Part shown: positions 8,629 to 16,782 of the stretch, one piece after another
Layout of the letters: each line of letters opens with the position of its first letter
How positions within the stretch are numbered: the first letter of the stretch is position 1
DNA from: Opitutales bacterium
Lineage (GTDB): Bacteria; Verrucomicrobiota; Verrucomicrobiia; Opitutales; PNEW01
DNA: 32,000 bases
Assembly: GCA_965219535.1 (NCBI GenBank)
Contig: CBDCNV010000001.1
Span: 1,860,001 to 1,892,000 of the forward strand
Reading direction: 5' to 3'
Notes under the pieces: generated by a model
What the model was told of the DNA's origin: nothing
Database searches by the model: none
The model's input: only the letters and a program-made list of their open reading frames with translations
Made by a program: the position numbers and the translations under genes

Positions 8629-10251
8629 ATGAAACGATATATAATTCTTTTCGGATTAATTACACTCATTCTCGTCACTCCCTTTATCCTGCGCAAAGAA
8701 GAAGAAAAAGCGGGTGATCCAGACGAAGTACTAGTAATTATTTCACCACACCTGGGATCTATTAGATATGAGTTCACGCAAGGATTTAAAAAATGGTATA
8801 AAAAGACTACCGGCCTGAAGGTGGAAATTGATTGGCGCACTCCAGGAGGGACGAGCGAAATAGTTCGCTTTATTAATTCTGAATACACGAATTCGTTTCG
8901 CAACTATTGGGAGAAAGAGCTGAATCGAAAATGGAGTTTAGAAGTACAGGAAAATTTCACCAACTACTACCTGGATAGAGAAGATTCAGCCAATGAAAAT
9001 TCGCTTGCTGAACTGGCGCGTCGCTCTTTCCTTGAATCAAGTGTAAGTTGTGGAATTGATGTCTTTTTTGGTGGTGGAAGTTATGATTTCATTCAGCAGT
9101 CACGCGCAGGTCGGTTAATCGACTGTGGCTTACTGCAGCGATATCCGGATTGGTTTGGTAATGCGGGTATGCCACAAACATTTGCCGGTGAACCGTTTTG
9201 GGATGGAGAAGGACGGTGGATAGGTGCCGTCCTCGCGACATTTGGGATTATATATAACCGAGATTCACACGAGCGTCTCGGTATTGAAAATCTACCAATG
9301 GATTGGAGCGATCTTACCGATCCTCGTTATGCAGGTGAAATTGCAGTCGCTGACCCAACCAAAAGTGGTTCAGTGAACAAAGCGTTTGAAATGATCCTGC
9401 AGCAGCAGATGCAAAACCTTCACAGTAAATATAAAGAAGAAAATTCGCAGGTATCAGAAGATTTGGAGACCCGGGCAATACATGATGGATGGCTTAAGGG
9501 AATGCAATTGATTCAGCAAATAGCGGCAAATGCACGCTATTTTACCGATTCAGCAACAAAAATTTCTATCGATGTATCAAATGGTGATTGTGCTGCAGGG
9601 ATGAGCATTGATTTTTATGGCCGCTATCAAGCGGAACTCATTCGGAATCGCGGTGAGAGCGATAGGTTCGGATATAGAATGCCGAAAAATGGGTCCGCTG
9701 TCTCGGTAGATCCAATCGGTATTTTCCGCGGTGCTAAAAATGCTGAATTAGCGCGTGAGTTTATAACTTATGTTTTATCGATTGAGGGTCAAAAACTATG
9801 GAATTTTAAAGTAAATACACCGGGAGGTCCCCAGCAGTATGCATTAAGAAGGCTCCCAGTTCGAAAGGAGCTTTACGTTGATGATTTTAAACCCTTTCGT
9901 TCGGACCCGGAAGTTAATCCCTATCTCGAAGCGGGAGATTTTGTCTACGAGGGCAAGTGGACGGGACCATTATTCAATGAATTACGCTTTATCATAAAGG
10001 TAGCATTTATTGATGTTCATAAAGAGTTAAAAGCTGCCTGGGCAGCATTAATTGACAATAATTTTACCGCTGAAGCCCTTGCCGTGTTCAGCGATTTATC
10101 GGCTATAGATTACGAAGAATCGAGGGGTTCAATTAAGAAAGCCGTCCGCTCTAGAAATCAAATAGAAGAAGTGATCATGGCAAAAAAGCTTTCTAATCAT
10201 TTTCGGAAAAAATACAAAGATACGGTGAGTCTTGCTTATGGTGATATATGA
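8629..10251 (+). CDS. Extracellular solute-binding protein (family 1, Fe3+/polyamine-type), N-terminally membrane-anchored, unusually long (540 aa)
   Basis: N-terminal hydrophobic helix YIILFGLITLILVTPFIL without a lipobox. The blocks VLVIISPH, GGGSYDF, VADPTKSGS and SIDFYG are typical of AfuA/PotD-like PBP2 proteins. Starts 3 nt after the ATPase stop. Confidence 0.75.
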   Translation: MKRYIILFGLITLILVTPFILRKEEEKAGDPDEVLVIISPHLGSIRYEFTQGFKKWYKKTTGLKVEIDWRTPGGTSEIVRFINSEYTNSFRNYWEKELNRKWSLEVQENFTNYYLDREDSANENSLAELARRSFLESSVSCGIDVFFGGGSYDFIQQSRAGRLIDCGLLQRYPDWFGNAGMPQTFAGEPFWDGEGRWIGAVLATFGIIYNRDSHERLGIENLPMDWSDLTDPRYAGEIAVADPTKSGSVNKAFEMILQQQMQNLHSKYKEENSQVSEDLETRAIHDGWLKGMQLIQQIAANARYFTDSATKISIDVSNGDCAAGMSIDFYGRYQAELIRNRGESDRFGYRMPKNGSAVSVDPIGIFRGAKNAELAREFITYVLSIEGQKLWNFKVNTPGGPQQYALRRLPVRKELYVDDFKPFRSDPEVNPYLEAGDFVYEGKWTGPLFNELRFIIKVAFIDVHKELKAAWAALIDNNFTAEALAVFSDLSAIDYEESRGSIKKAVRSRNQIEEVIMAKKLSNHFRKKYKDTVSLAYGDI

Positions 10252-10393
10252 ATTAACCGCTAAATATATTCTGGAGAATCTGGATACTTCGGAACTAGCT
10301 CGAGATGAAGTTTATACTTTTGCGTTTTTCTTTGCCCCACTGAAACTCACAGGTGCCACGGGGTCACCAGGAAACCCGATTGCTATAAATTAA
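10238..10393 (+). CDS. Unlisted 51-codon ORF (hypothetical small protein), translationally coupled on both sides
   Basis: Hand translation gives MVIYELTAKYILENLDTSELARDEVYTFAFFFAPLKLTGATGSPGNPIAIN*. Its ATG at 10238 lies 14 nt inside the SBP gene in another frame. Its TAA (10391-10393) shares a base with the ATG (10393) of the next gene. It falls below the apparent 60-aa cutoff of the ORF track. No family recognised. Confidence 0.45.
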   Translation: MVIYELTAKYILENLDTSELARDEVYTFAFFFAPLKLTGATGSPGNPIAIN

Positions 10394-11910
10394 TGAATGA
10401 CGAAAACAGTGATGTAATTGCTCCTCCCCCGGCTTTAATCGCCAATAATCCACTTAAATGGCTCAGGTATTTTGGACCGGGAGCGATTATAGCCTCCGCA
10501 ACCATTGGGAGCGGAGAAACACTCTTCGCCACAAGGGGAGGGAGTCTTTTCGGATACAATATTCTGTGGATTTTTGTTTATGTCTCGCTTTTGAAATGGG
10601 TGCTTTGTTATTGCAGCATGCGGCACATGATTTTGAGCGGTGCTCATCCCTATCAACGATGGAATTTTATTCCTGGGCCGCGGGGTTGGTTCCCGATATT
10701 CATGTTCAGCATTCCCCTTCTCTTATGGCCTGTCTGGTATGGATTCCTTTCCGGTGTAATGGGGACCGCATTCATGTGGGTCTTTGGTGTTCAGGCAATT
10801 TTTGCAGGAAATGACATTTATATTTGGGCTACTCTATTCCTGACGATAGGGGTAATTATTCTATTTATCGGTAATTACACTTTTGTGGAAATAGGCCAAA
10901 TTGTAATCATTGGTCTGATGACATTATGTATGGTAATTGCGATATTCTACCTGGGGGCAGATTGGATGGCGGTGATCAAAGGAACAATAATACCGCACGC
11001 AGTAAGTTTTCCAGAATGGTTATACGAGGTGAAACCGGATATGATTAATCGTTCCGCATGGGTGGAAATTCTTGTTTACACCGGCGTAATTGGCGGAGCT
11101 AGTTTCGACTATTTAGGATATGTTTCTTTTTTGCGTGATAAAAAGTGGGGGCGCAGCCATATGGAGATAGCTACAAATGAGGAGCTTAACGTGATCGCCC
11201 AAGACAAAGACCATCCGGTACGTCGTTGGATAAGAGCGGCACTTATCGATACAGTTTGTAGTTTTGCGATGATCATTTTTCTCTCTGGCTGTTTTTCCAT
11301 CCTTGGAACGATCGTTCTCAGCCCTCAACATCAATTTCCGAGTGACGTAAATTTGTTAAATCTGCAGGGACAATTTTTCACCGCGCTCGCTCCCTGGTTG
11401 CTACCTGTCTATAAAGTAGCAATTTTCTTTGCTTTCCTCTCCATTATATATGGCGGTCCTGAATTAACAGCGAGAGTGTTCTTTGAGTATTTTAATTCCC
11501 TGCCACGATTCAGCGGTCGTGTGCCAAAGCGAAAAATTAGAATATTCATTATCTTTTGGTGTTTAATCGGAGGGATTATTCTCCTTTGGTTCAGTAAAAT
11601 ATTTCCGGATATAAGTCTCGTTGAATATATCTCACCCGCGAGCATTATATCCGGCGTCTTGTCCTGCGGTTTGTACTGTTTATTCAATCCATGGATGGAT
11701 TGGAAATTTCTTCCGCCTGAATTGAGGATGAATCGATTCCTTGTAGGATTAAATTTATTTGCCGGTGTAATCTTTCTCGTTACGGGAATGAAAGCACTTT
11801 GGGATCATTGGGAATATAATATCCTAATCCTTGCAGGGCACATCGTAATCTGCATGGTGCTCGCTAAAATACTCTTCTATAGATTTTTTTCTCGGAAGTC
11901 AGACCGATAA
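10393..11910 (+). CDS. Nramp-superfamily (LeuT-fold) membrane transporter with non-canonical metal-site residues
   Basis: 505 aa with about 11-12 hydrophobic helices. The N-terminal block LRYFGPGAIIASATIGSGETLFATRGGSLFGYNILW aligns by eye with the Nramp TM1 block (GPG...A.A.iDPGN....GA.fGY.LLW). A possible TM6 block is GTIIPHAV (canonical MPH). Confidence 0.7.
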   Translation: MNDENSDVIAPPPALIANNPLKWLRYFGPGAIIASATIGSGETLFATRGGSLFGYNILWIFVYVSLLKWVLCYCSMRHMILSGAHPYQRWNFIPGPRGWFPIFMFSIPLLLWPVWYGFLSGVMGTAFMWVFGVQAIFAGNDIYIWATLFLTIGVIILFIGNYTFVEIGQIVIIGLMTLCMVIAIFYLGADWMAVIKGTIIPHAVSFPEWLYEVKPDMINRSAWVEILVYTGVIGGASFDYLGYVSFLRDKKWGRSHMEIATNEELNVIAQDKDHPVRRWIRAALIDTVCSFAMIIFLSGCFSILGTIVLSPQHQFPSDVNLLNLQGQFFTALAPWLLPVYKVAIFFAFLSIIYGGPELTARVFFEYFNSLPRFSGRVPKRKIRIFIIFWCLIGGIILLWFSKIFPDISLVEYISPASIISGVLSCGLYCLFNPWMDWKFLPPELRMNRFLVGLNLFAGVIFLVTGMKALWDHWEYNILILAGHIVICMVLAKILFYRFFSRKSDR

Positions 11911-12005
11911 ATAAAGAGAGAAACTTGGAAGAAAATATTTAATAAATAATACTTTCTAACTTATAGGACGACCTGGCGCTTTGAATTCAACCAGAGCAAA
12001 GTACT

Positions 12006-12545
12006 TTATGCAGATTGCATATTTACTCCTAATGCTGCTGAATAGCGCAAGAAATTATCGGTTAGCTCTTTGAGCCTTTTATTTATTTCTGGATCTTGAA
12101 TAATTTCGTCACTGAAAGATTCACCGGTGGCAAACACGAAACGGGGTATGATGGTACAGCGATAGTCCAGCATAAGAGAGTTGGCAAAAGGCATGACCGA
12201 CATATAACTGCCGCTTCCCCCAGCCGCACACATAAATCCTACGATTTTTTCTTTCCAAGCTTTTCCAGTTAACTCAAGTAAGTTTTTAGTAGCAGCACTA
12301 ACATCATAATTATAGATCGGGGTAGCCATGAGAATCCCTGTCGCTTTTTCAATCTTTTGACTCAAGACTATGACTTGCTCATTACTGTAGCAGGAACTAC
12401 CATTACAGAATGGAAGGTTCCAATCCACAAGATCTATATGTTCTATATCATGTTCAGATTCTTTGAGTTGCTGATAAGCAAGTTGCGCCATCGCTGAACT
12501 GCGACTCTCGGTATTAAGACTGCAACTTATGATTATCAGATTCAT
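12006..12545 (-). CDS. NAD(P)H-dependent FMN reductase family oxidoreductase (flavodoxin-like fold)
   Basis: The start MNLIIISCSLNTESRS, then ATPIYNYDVSAATKNLLE and FMCAAGGSGS, match the FMN_red family pattern. ATG at 12545 is preferred over the TTG at 12569 used by the track. Confidence 0.7.
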   Translation of the reverse strand: MNLIIISCSLNTESRSSAMAQLAYQQLKESEHDIEHIDLVDWNLPFCNGSSCYSNEQVIVLSQKIEKATGILMATPIYNYDVSAATKNLLELTGKAWKEKIVGFMCAAGGSGSYMSVMPFANSLMLDYRCTIIPRFVFATGESFSDEIIQDPEINKRLKELTDNFLRYSAALGVNMQSA

Positions 12546-12699
12546 GATTGAGGTATTAATACTACTCAAGATATTCTAATTACAATCCTTTTGTACGACT
12601 GATGATTATTAAAGGGAATAATTGCATTGATCGTTCTAAGAGCAAGGTATGCAGGAAGTGATCTGACTGAATAGTGGGTAGAAGCTTTTTCACTGGGAA

Positions 12700-13689
12700 T
12701 CAGCTTGGAATTCCATGAGCAATTATTTCATTATAAACCCATTCATAAGTCTTTTTCATGCCATCGCGAAGTGTGGTGCAAGGTTCCCAGTTTAAAACCT
12801 GACGGATTAAAGTATTGTCGCTGTTGCGGCCATTAACTCCCTTGGGTGCATTGAGATTATAGCTACGTTTCAGTTTAGTCCCCGCATGTTCTTCAACAAT
12901 ATCGGTAAGCTCGTTTATGGTTACCAATTCATTGCTTCCTATATTGATCGGGTCATGAAAATCTGATTCCATTAACAGGCGTATTCCCTCAAGACAGTCA
13001 TCAATAAAAGTAAAACTTCGGGTCTGTCTGCCATCGCCCCAAATTTCAATTTCTCTTTTTCCAGAAATCTTAGCCTCGGCAATTTTTCTCGAGATAGCTG
13101 CGGGAGCTTTTTCTCGACCACCATAATATGTTCCAAAAGGTCCGTAAATATTATGAAATCTCGCTATTCTCACACCAAGGCCGAAATCTTCATAGAAATG
13201 CCTGCACATCCTTTCGCTGAACAATTTTTCCCAGCCGTACCCATCTTCGGGCATTGCAGGATAGGCATCCACTTCTTTTAAAGGGACAACATCTGCCGTT
13301 CGTTGTTTTTCTTCAGCATAGACACAGGCTGATGAAGCAAAAAAGAATTCTTTAATCTGATATTTTCGAGCGGCACAGAGAAGGTGTGTATTAATAAGTA
13401 CATTTAACATGCATAAAGCTTTGTTCTTCTCGATGAAACCCATTCCCCCCATATCAGCAGCCAAATTAAAGATACAATGCATATCTTTTACCACTGCGTT
13501 ACACGCTTCCTCGGTTTTTAAGTCAGTGACTAGAATATCAACCTCAGGATCTATTTGGCACCATGTCTCTAAAGGTTTAGAATCAACCGCTTGAATGTTA
13601 TTAAAACCCTGCTTTTTTAAATAAGCTATGAGGTGACCGCCTATGAAACCACCCGCGCCGCAAATTAAAATCTTATCATCTATTTCCAT
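12700..13689 (-). CDS. gme: GDP-mannose 3,5-epimerase (plant GME-type extended SDR)
   Basis: Rossmann motif GAGGFIGGH. Long collinear blocks match my recollection of Arabidopsis GME: FNLAADMGGMGFI, ASSACVY (catalytic Cys), YGWEK (YxxxK), RFHNIYGPFGTYYGGREKAPAA (catalytic Lys), WGDGRQTRSFTFIDDC and GVNGRNSDN. ATG at 13689 follows the TTG at 13692. Confidence 0.85.
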   Translation of the reverse strand: MEIDDKILICGAGGFIGGHLIAYLKKQGFNNIQAVDSKPLETWCQIDPEVDILVTDLKTEEACNAVVKDMHCIFNLAADMGGMGFIEKNKALCMLNVLINTHLLCAARKYQIKEFFFASSACVYAEEKQRTADVVPLKEVDAYPAMPEDGYGWEKLFSERMCRHFYEDFGLGVRIARFHNIYGPFGTYYGGREKAPAAISRKIAEAKISGKREIEIWGDGRQTRSFTFIDDCLEGIRLLMESDFHDPINIGSNELVTINELTDIVEEHAGTKLKRSYNLNAPKGVNGRNSDNTLIRQVLNWEPCTTLRDGMKKTYEWVYNEIIAHGIPS

Positions 13690-13786
13690 CAAATATACTT
13701 CCAGTAGACTTGTATTACGTTTCTAGGAATATTTTTTCAAGCCCGTTATTTGTGCGAGAAAACGCAATATGAACAGGGGGTTGTTT

Positions 13787-14509
13787 TTAAAAATTACGTT
13801 TCCATAGATGAGTTGGATTATGGATGAGGCGATATAGCCACTCGAATCCAGATCTTTGAATCCAATAGGGTGCTTGACGCTTACTCCCAGAATGAAAATC
13901 AAATGCTGCACCTACACCAATCATGAGCGTGGTGTTTAATTTCTGAAGATACTCGGCCATAAAATATTCTTGCTTAGGAGTACTTAATCCGACCCAGACT
14001 ATTGTCGGTGCTACTTTATCTATAGTTTTAATCAATTCGGTTTCTTCCTTTTCGTTCAAATTCCTGAATGGCGGCGTATACATTCCGACTATATTTAATC
14101 TCGGGAATCTTTCTCTTAAACACGCGCAAAGACGTTCCGCTACTCCCGGTGCCCCGCCGTACATAAAGTGTCTGCAGGATGAATTTTCTGTTGCTTCGCA
14201 AACAGAGATTAAAAGATCAGGGCCATAAACGCGATCGACACACTTTCCGGCTATCCATTTACCGATCCATACCAGCGGCATGCCGTCGGGGGTAACGAGA
14301 AAGGCTTCATTATGTATTTTACGCAACTGCGCGTCATGTTGGGCCTCACTAATTCCATGGACACCGGTGACACAAATGTACCCTTTCTGATGATTGTTCA
14401 AAGCGGCTAATATGGCCTCTTGGGCTGAATTCATGTTTATCGCGCTTACCGCAATACCTTGTACATTATACGTCCGAATAGGTGATGGTGGCGAATTCAC
14501 GAGTTCCAA
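13787..14509 (-). CDS. WecB/TagA/CpsF-family glycosyltransferase
   Basis: The blocks GYICVTGVHGISEAQHD, VTPDGMPLVWIGKW, VYGPDL, FMYGGAPGVAE, VGLSTPKQE and GVGAAFDF are characteristic of TagA/WecG-type N-acetylmannosaminyl/glucosyl transferases. Putative TTG start. Confidence 0.85.
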   Translation of the reverse strand: MELVNSPPSPIRTYNVQGIAVSAINMNSAQEAILAALNNHQKGYICVTGVHGISEAQHDAQLRKIHNEAFLVTPDGMPLVWIGKWIAGKCVDRVYGPDLLISVCEATENSSCRHFMYGGAPGVAERLCACLRERFPRLNIVGMYTPPFRNLNEKEETELIKTIDKVAPTIVWVGLSTPKQEYFMAEYLQKLNTTLMIGVGAAFDFHSGSKRQAPYWIQRSGFEWLYRLIHNPTHLWKRNF

Positions 14510-14596
14510 GAATGGATGTTACAATGTGCTAATTTATTGAGCAGATAAATTTTAAATTGCGATATTACAAGGAATTCACATTCTTGCCACGAAATT

Positions 14597-15589
14597 ATGC
14601 ACTTACGCATTGCGGTAATTATCTTAGCAGGAATCCTTGTAATTAGTTGTTCTTCTACAAGAGAGGATAATGATGCTTATCATATCGCAGTAATACCCAA
14701 AGGAACGACACATGTGTTCTGGAAATCTATCCATGCCGGAGCCATAAGAGCGGAACATGAATTAAATGACTCGGGAATACCGGTAAAAATAATCTGGAAA
14801 GGACCTCTAAAAGAAGATGATCGATCCGCGCAGATCAATGTCGTTGAAAATTTTATCGGTCAAAAAGTTGACGGTATTGTGCTCGCACCGTTGGACAGCA
14901 AAGCACTGGTGGCGCCGGTAATAAAGGCCGAACGGGCAGGAATACCAACGGTAATTTTTGATTCTGGACTAGAATATGATGGTATCGTCAGCTTTGCCGC
15001 TACGGATAATTATAGAGGCGGGCGCATGGCGGGTGAATGCCTGGTAGAGCTTCTCGGCGGCAAAGGAAAGGTAATTATGATGCGATACATGGTTGGGTCA
15101 GCAAGTTCGACCGCGAGGGAACAGGGATTTCTCGACGTAATTTCGCAACATTCTAAAATCCATCTCCTATCTGAAGATAGATATACGGGTGCTACCCGGG
15201 ATACCGCGTATTCCGCTTCGCAAAATATCCTCAATCGCTATGGGGAAGAGGTGGATGGCATATTTATGCCAAACGAATCTTCAACTAATGGAATGTTATT
15301 AGCTTTACGCTCAATTGGTCGCGCAGGGGGTGATGTCAAATTTGTTGGATTTGATGGCGGTGACCAAAATGTGCAGGGTATAGAATCAGGTGATCTTCAG
15401 GGAATCGTAATTCAAGATCCATTTAAGATGGGCTACACCGCGGTAAAGTTAATGGTCCAGCATCTTCAAAGTCTATCGGTAGAGAAACGCGTCGATACGG
15501 GTGCCACATTGGTAACACCAGATAATTTGGATGATGAAGATATACAAATGCTACTCTTTCCGCCACTCGATCAATACCTGGAAATGTGA
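14597..15589 (+). CDS. Sugar ABC transporter substrate-binding lipoprotein (RbsB-like PBP1), paralogue 1
   Basis: Signal peptide with lipobox VISC. IAVIPKGTTHVFWKSIHAGA and GIVLAPLDS ... TDNY.GGR ... GFDGG are typical of ribose/galactose-type periplasmic binding proteins. Confidence 0.88.
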   Translation: MHLRIAVIILAGILVISCSSTREDNDAYHIAVIPKGTTHVFWKSIHAGAIRAEHELNDSGIPVKIIWKGPLKEDDRSAQINVVENFIGQKVDGIVLAPLDSKALVAPVIKAERAGIPTVIFDSGLEYDGIVSFAATDNYRGGRMAGECLVELLGGKGKVIMMRYMVGSASSTAREQGFLDVISQHSKIHLLSEDRYTGATRDTAYSASQNILNRYGEEVDGIFMPNESSTNGMLLALRSIGRAGGDVKFVGFDGGDQNVQGIESGDLQGIVIQDPFKMGYTAVKLMVQHLQSLSVEKRVDTGATLVTPDNLDDEDIQMLLFPPLDQYLEM

Positions 15590-15711
15590 ATTCGAGAGGA
15601 TAGATTCTCGATTGCCTGAAACTCTCATAAGTCTAAACCTGGGACACTCACTTTTGTTAGGTAATCTTTAATTTGCGATATTTCAAGGAATAGGCAATCT
15701 TTCCATAAATT

Positions 15712-16704
15712 ATGAATATACGCATCGGGTTTTTTATATTTGCCGGTATTTTTTTAGCAGGTTGTACTGCTTCCAATATAGAGGTTGAAAAATATCGTAT
15801 CGCCGTTATCCCGAAAGGGACCACCCACGTGTTTTGGAAATCTATTCACGCCGGGGCAATGAGGGCAGAACGCGAGTTTAACGCTTCTGGTGTCCCGGTA
15901 GAGATAATATGGAAAGGGCCGTTAAAGGAGGATGACCGTTCAGCTCAATTTATCGTCGTAGAAAACTTTATTGGTCAAAAAGTCGATGGTATTGTACTTG
16001 CGCCTCTGGATAGCATAGCGCTGGTCAGACCAGTGATTAAAGCTAAACGCGCAGGAATCCCCACCGTGATATTTGATTCGGGACTCGAATATGACGGTAT
16101 TGTTAGTTATGCCGCCACCGATAATTACATGGGCGGTCGAATGGCGGGTGAATATCTGATCGAACTTCTCGAAGGAAAGGGAAATGTAATAATGATGCGT
16201 TTCATGGTCGGATCGGCAAGTGACACAGCGCGCGAACAGGGGTTTCTCGACGTAGTTTCGCCATACCCTGAGATTAATCTTCTTTCTACAGATAAGTATA
16301 CTGGTGCTACTCGCGATGCCGCTTATACTGCATCGCAAAATATCCTGAGTCGTTTCGGAAACGAGGTGGATGGCATATTTATGACTAACGAATCTTCAAC
16401 CAACGGAATGCTCTTAGCTTTGCGGGCAATTGGTCGAGCTCAAGGCGATGTTAAATTCGTTGGATTTGACGGCGGTGAGCAAAACGTGCAGGGGATGGAA
16501 GCAGGTGACATTCAAGGATTCATCATTCAAGATCCATTTAAGATGGGCTACACAGCGGTAAAATTAATGGTCGATCATCTTCGTGGGCAATCAGTAGAAA
16601 AACGCGTCGATACGGGTGCCGTGTTGGTAACTCCAGATAATTTATATGATGAGCAGATACAAAAGCTTCTCTTTCCGCCGGTGCATGAATATCTGGAAAT
16701 GTAA
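15712..16704 (+). CDS. Sugar ABC transporter substrate-binding lipoprotein (RbsB-like PBP1), paralogue 2
   Basis: Same length (330 aa) and collinear with 14597-15589. Roughly four fifths of residues are identical by manual comparison. Lipobox LAGC. Confidence 0.88.
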   Translation: MNIRIGFFIFAGIFLAGCTASNIEVEKYRIAVIPKGTTHVFWKSIHAGAMRAEREFNASGVPVEIIWKGPLKEDDRSAQFIVVENFIGQKVDGIVLAPLDSIALVRPVIKAKRAGIPTVIFDSGLEYDGIVSYAATDNYMGGRMAGEYLIELLEGKGNVIMMRFMVGSASDTAREQGFLDVVSPYPEINLLSTDKYTGATRDAAYTASQNILSRFGNEVDGIFMTNESSTNGMLLALRAIGRAQGDVKFVGFDGGEQNVQGMEAGDIQGFIIQDPFKMGYTAVKLMVDHLRGQSVEKRVDTGAVLVTPDNLYDEQIQKLLFPPVHEYLEM

Positions 16705-16782
16705 AATTCGAAATGACGGATTCTCGATTAGCAGAAACTCTCCTATGTCTGAACCTGAAATATTAGACTGTGTGCTGAAGTA

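Larger units (their letters stand above)
14550..16765. repeat. Tandem duplication, two units of about 1.1 kb (period 1115 bp). Each unit holds an SBP gene plus about 45 nt of upstream and about 60 nt of downstream flank.
   Basis: The starts at 14597 and 15712 are 1115 bp apart and both ORFs are 993 nt. The upstream flanks align (tttaaattgcgatattacaaggaat vs tttaatttgcgatatttcaaggaat). So do the downstream flanks (gattctcgattgcctgaaactctcataagtctaaacctg vs gattctcgattagcagaaactctcctatgtctgaacctg). Unit boundaries are approximate. Confidence 0.85.

Noticed and set aside
10252-10392. Interpreting the SBP-to-carrier gap as a degraded remnant of the missing ABC permease
   Set aside because: The stretch is an intact ORF once the ATG at 10238 is included. 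Its product is short and mostly hydrophilic, with no TM helix or EAA loop, so it does not look like a permease fragment. It is reported instead as a candidate small gene.
12615-12639. Third ECF-like motif: GGAAT-N15-TCTAA on the + strand
   Set aside because: The -35 element is imperfect (T for C), the spacer is too short (15 nt) and the orientation is antisense between two minus-strand genes. It is most likely chance.
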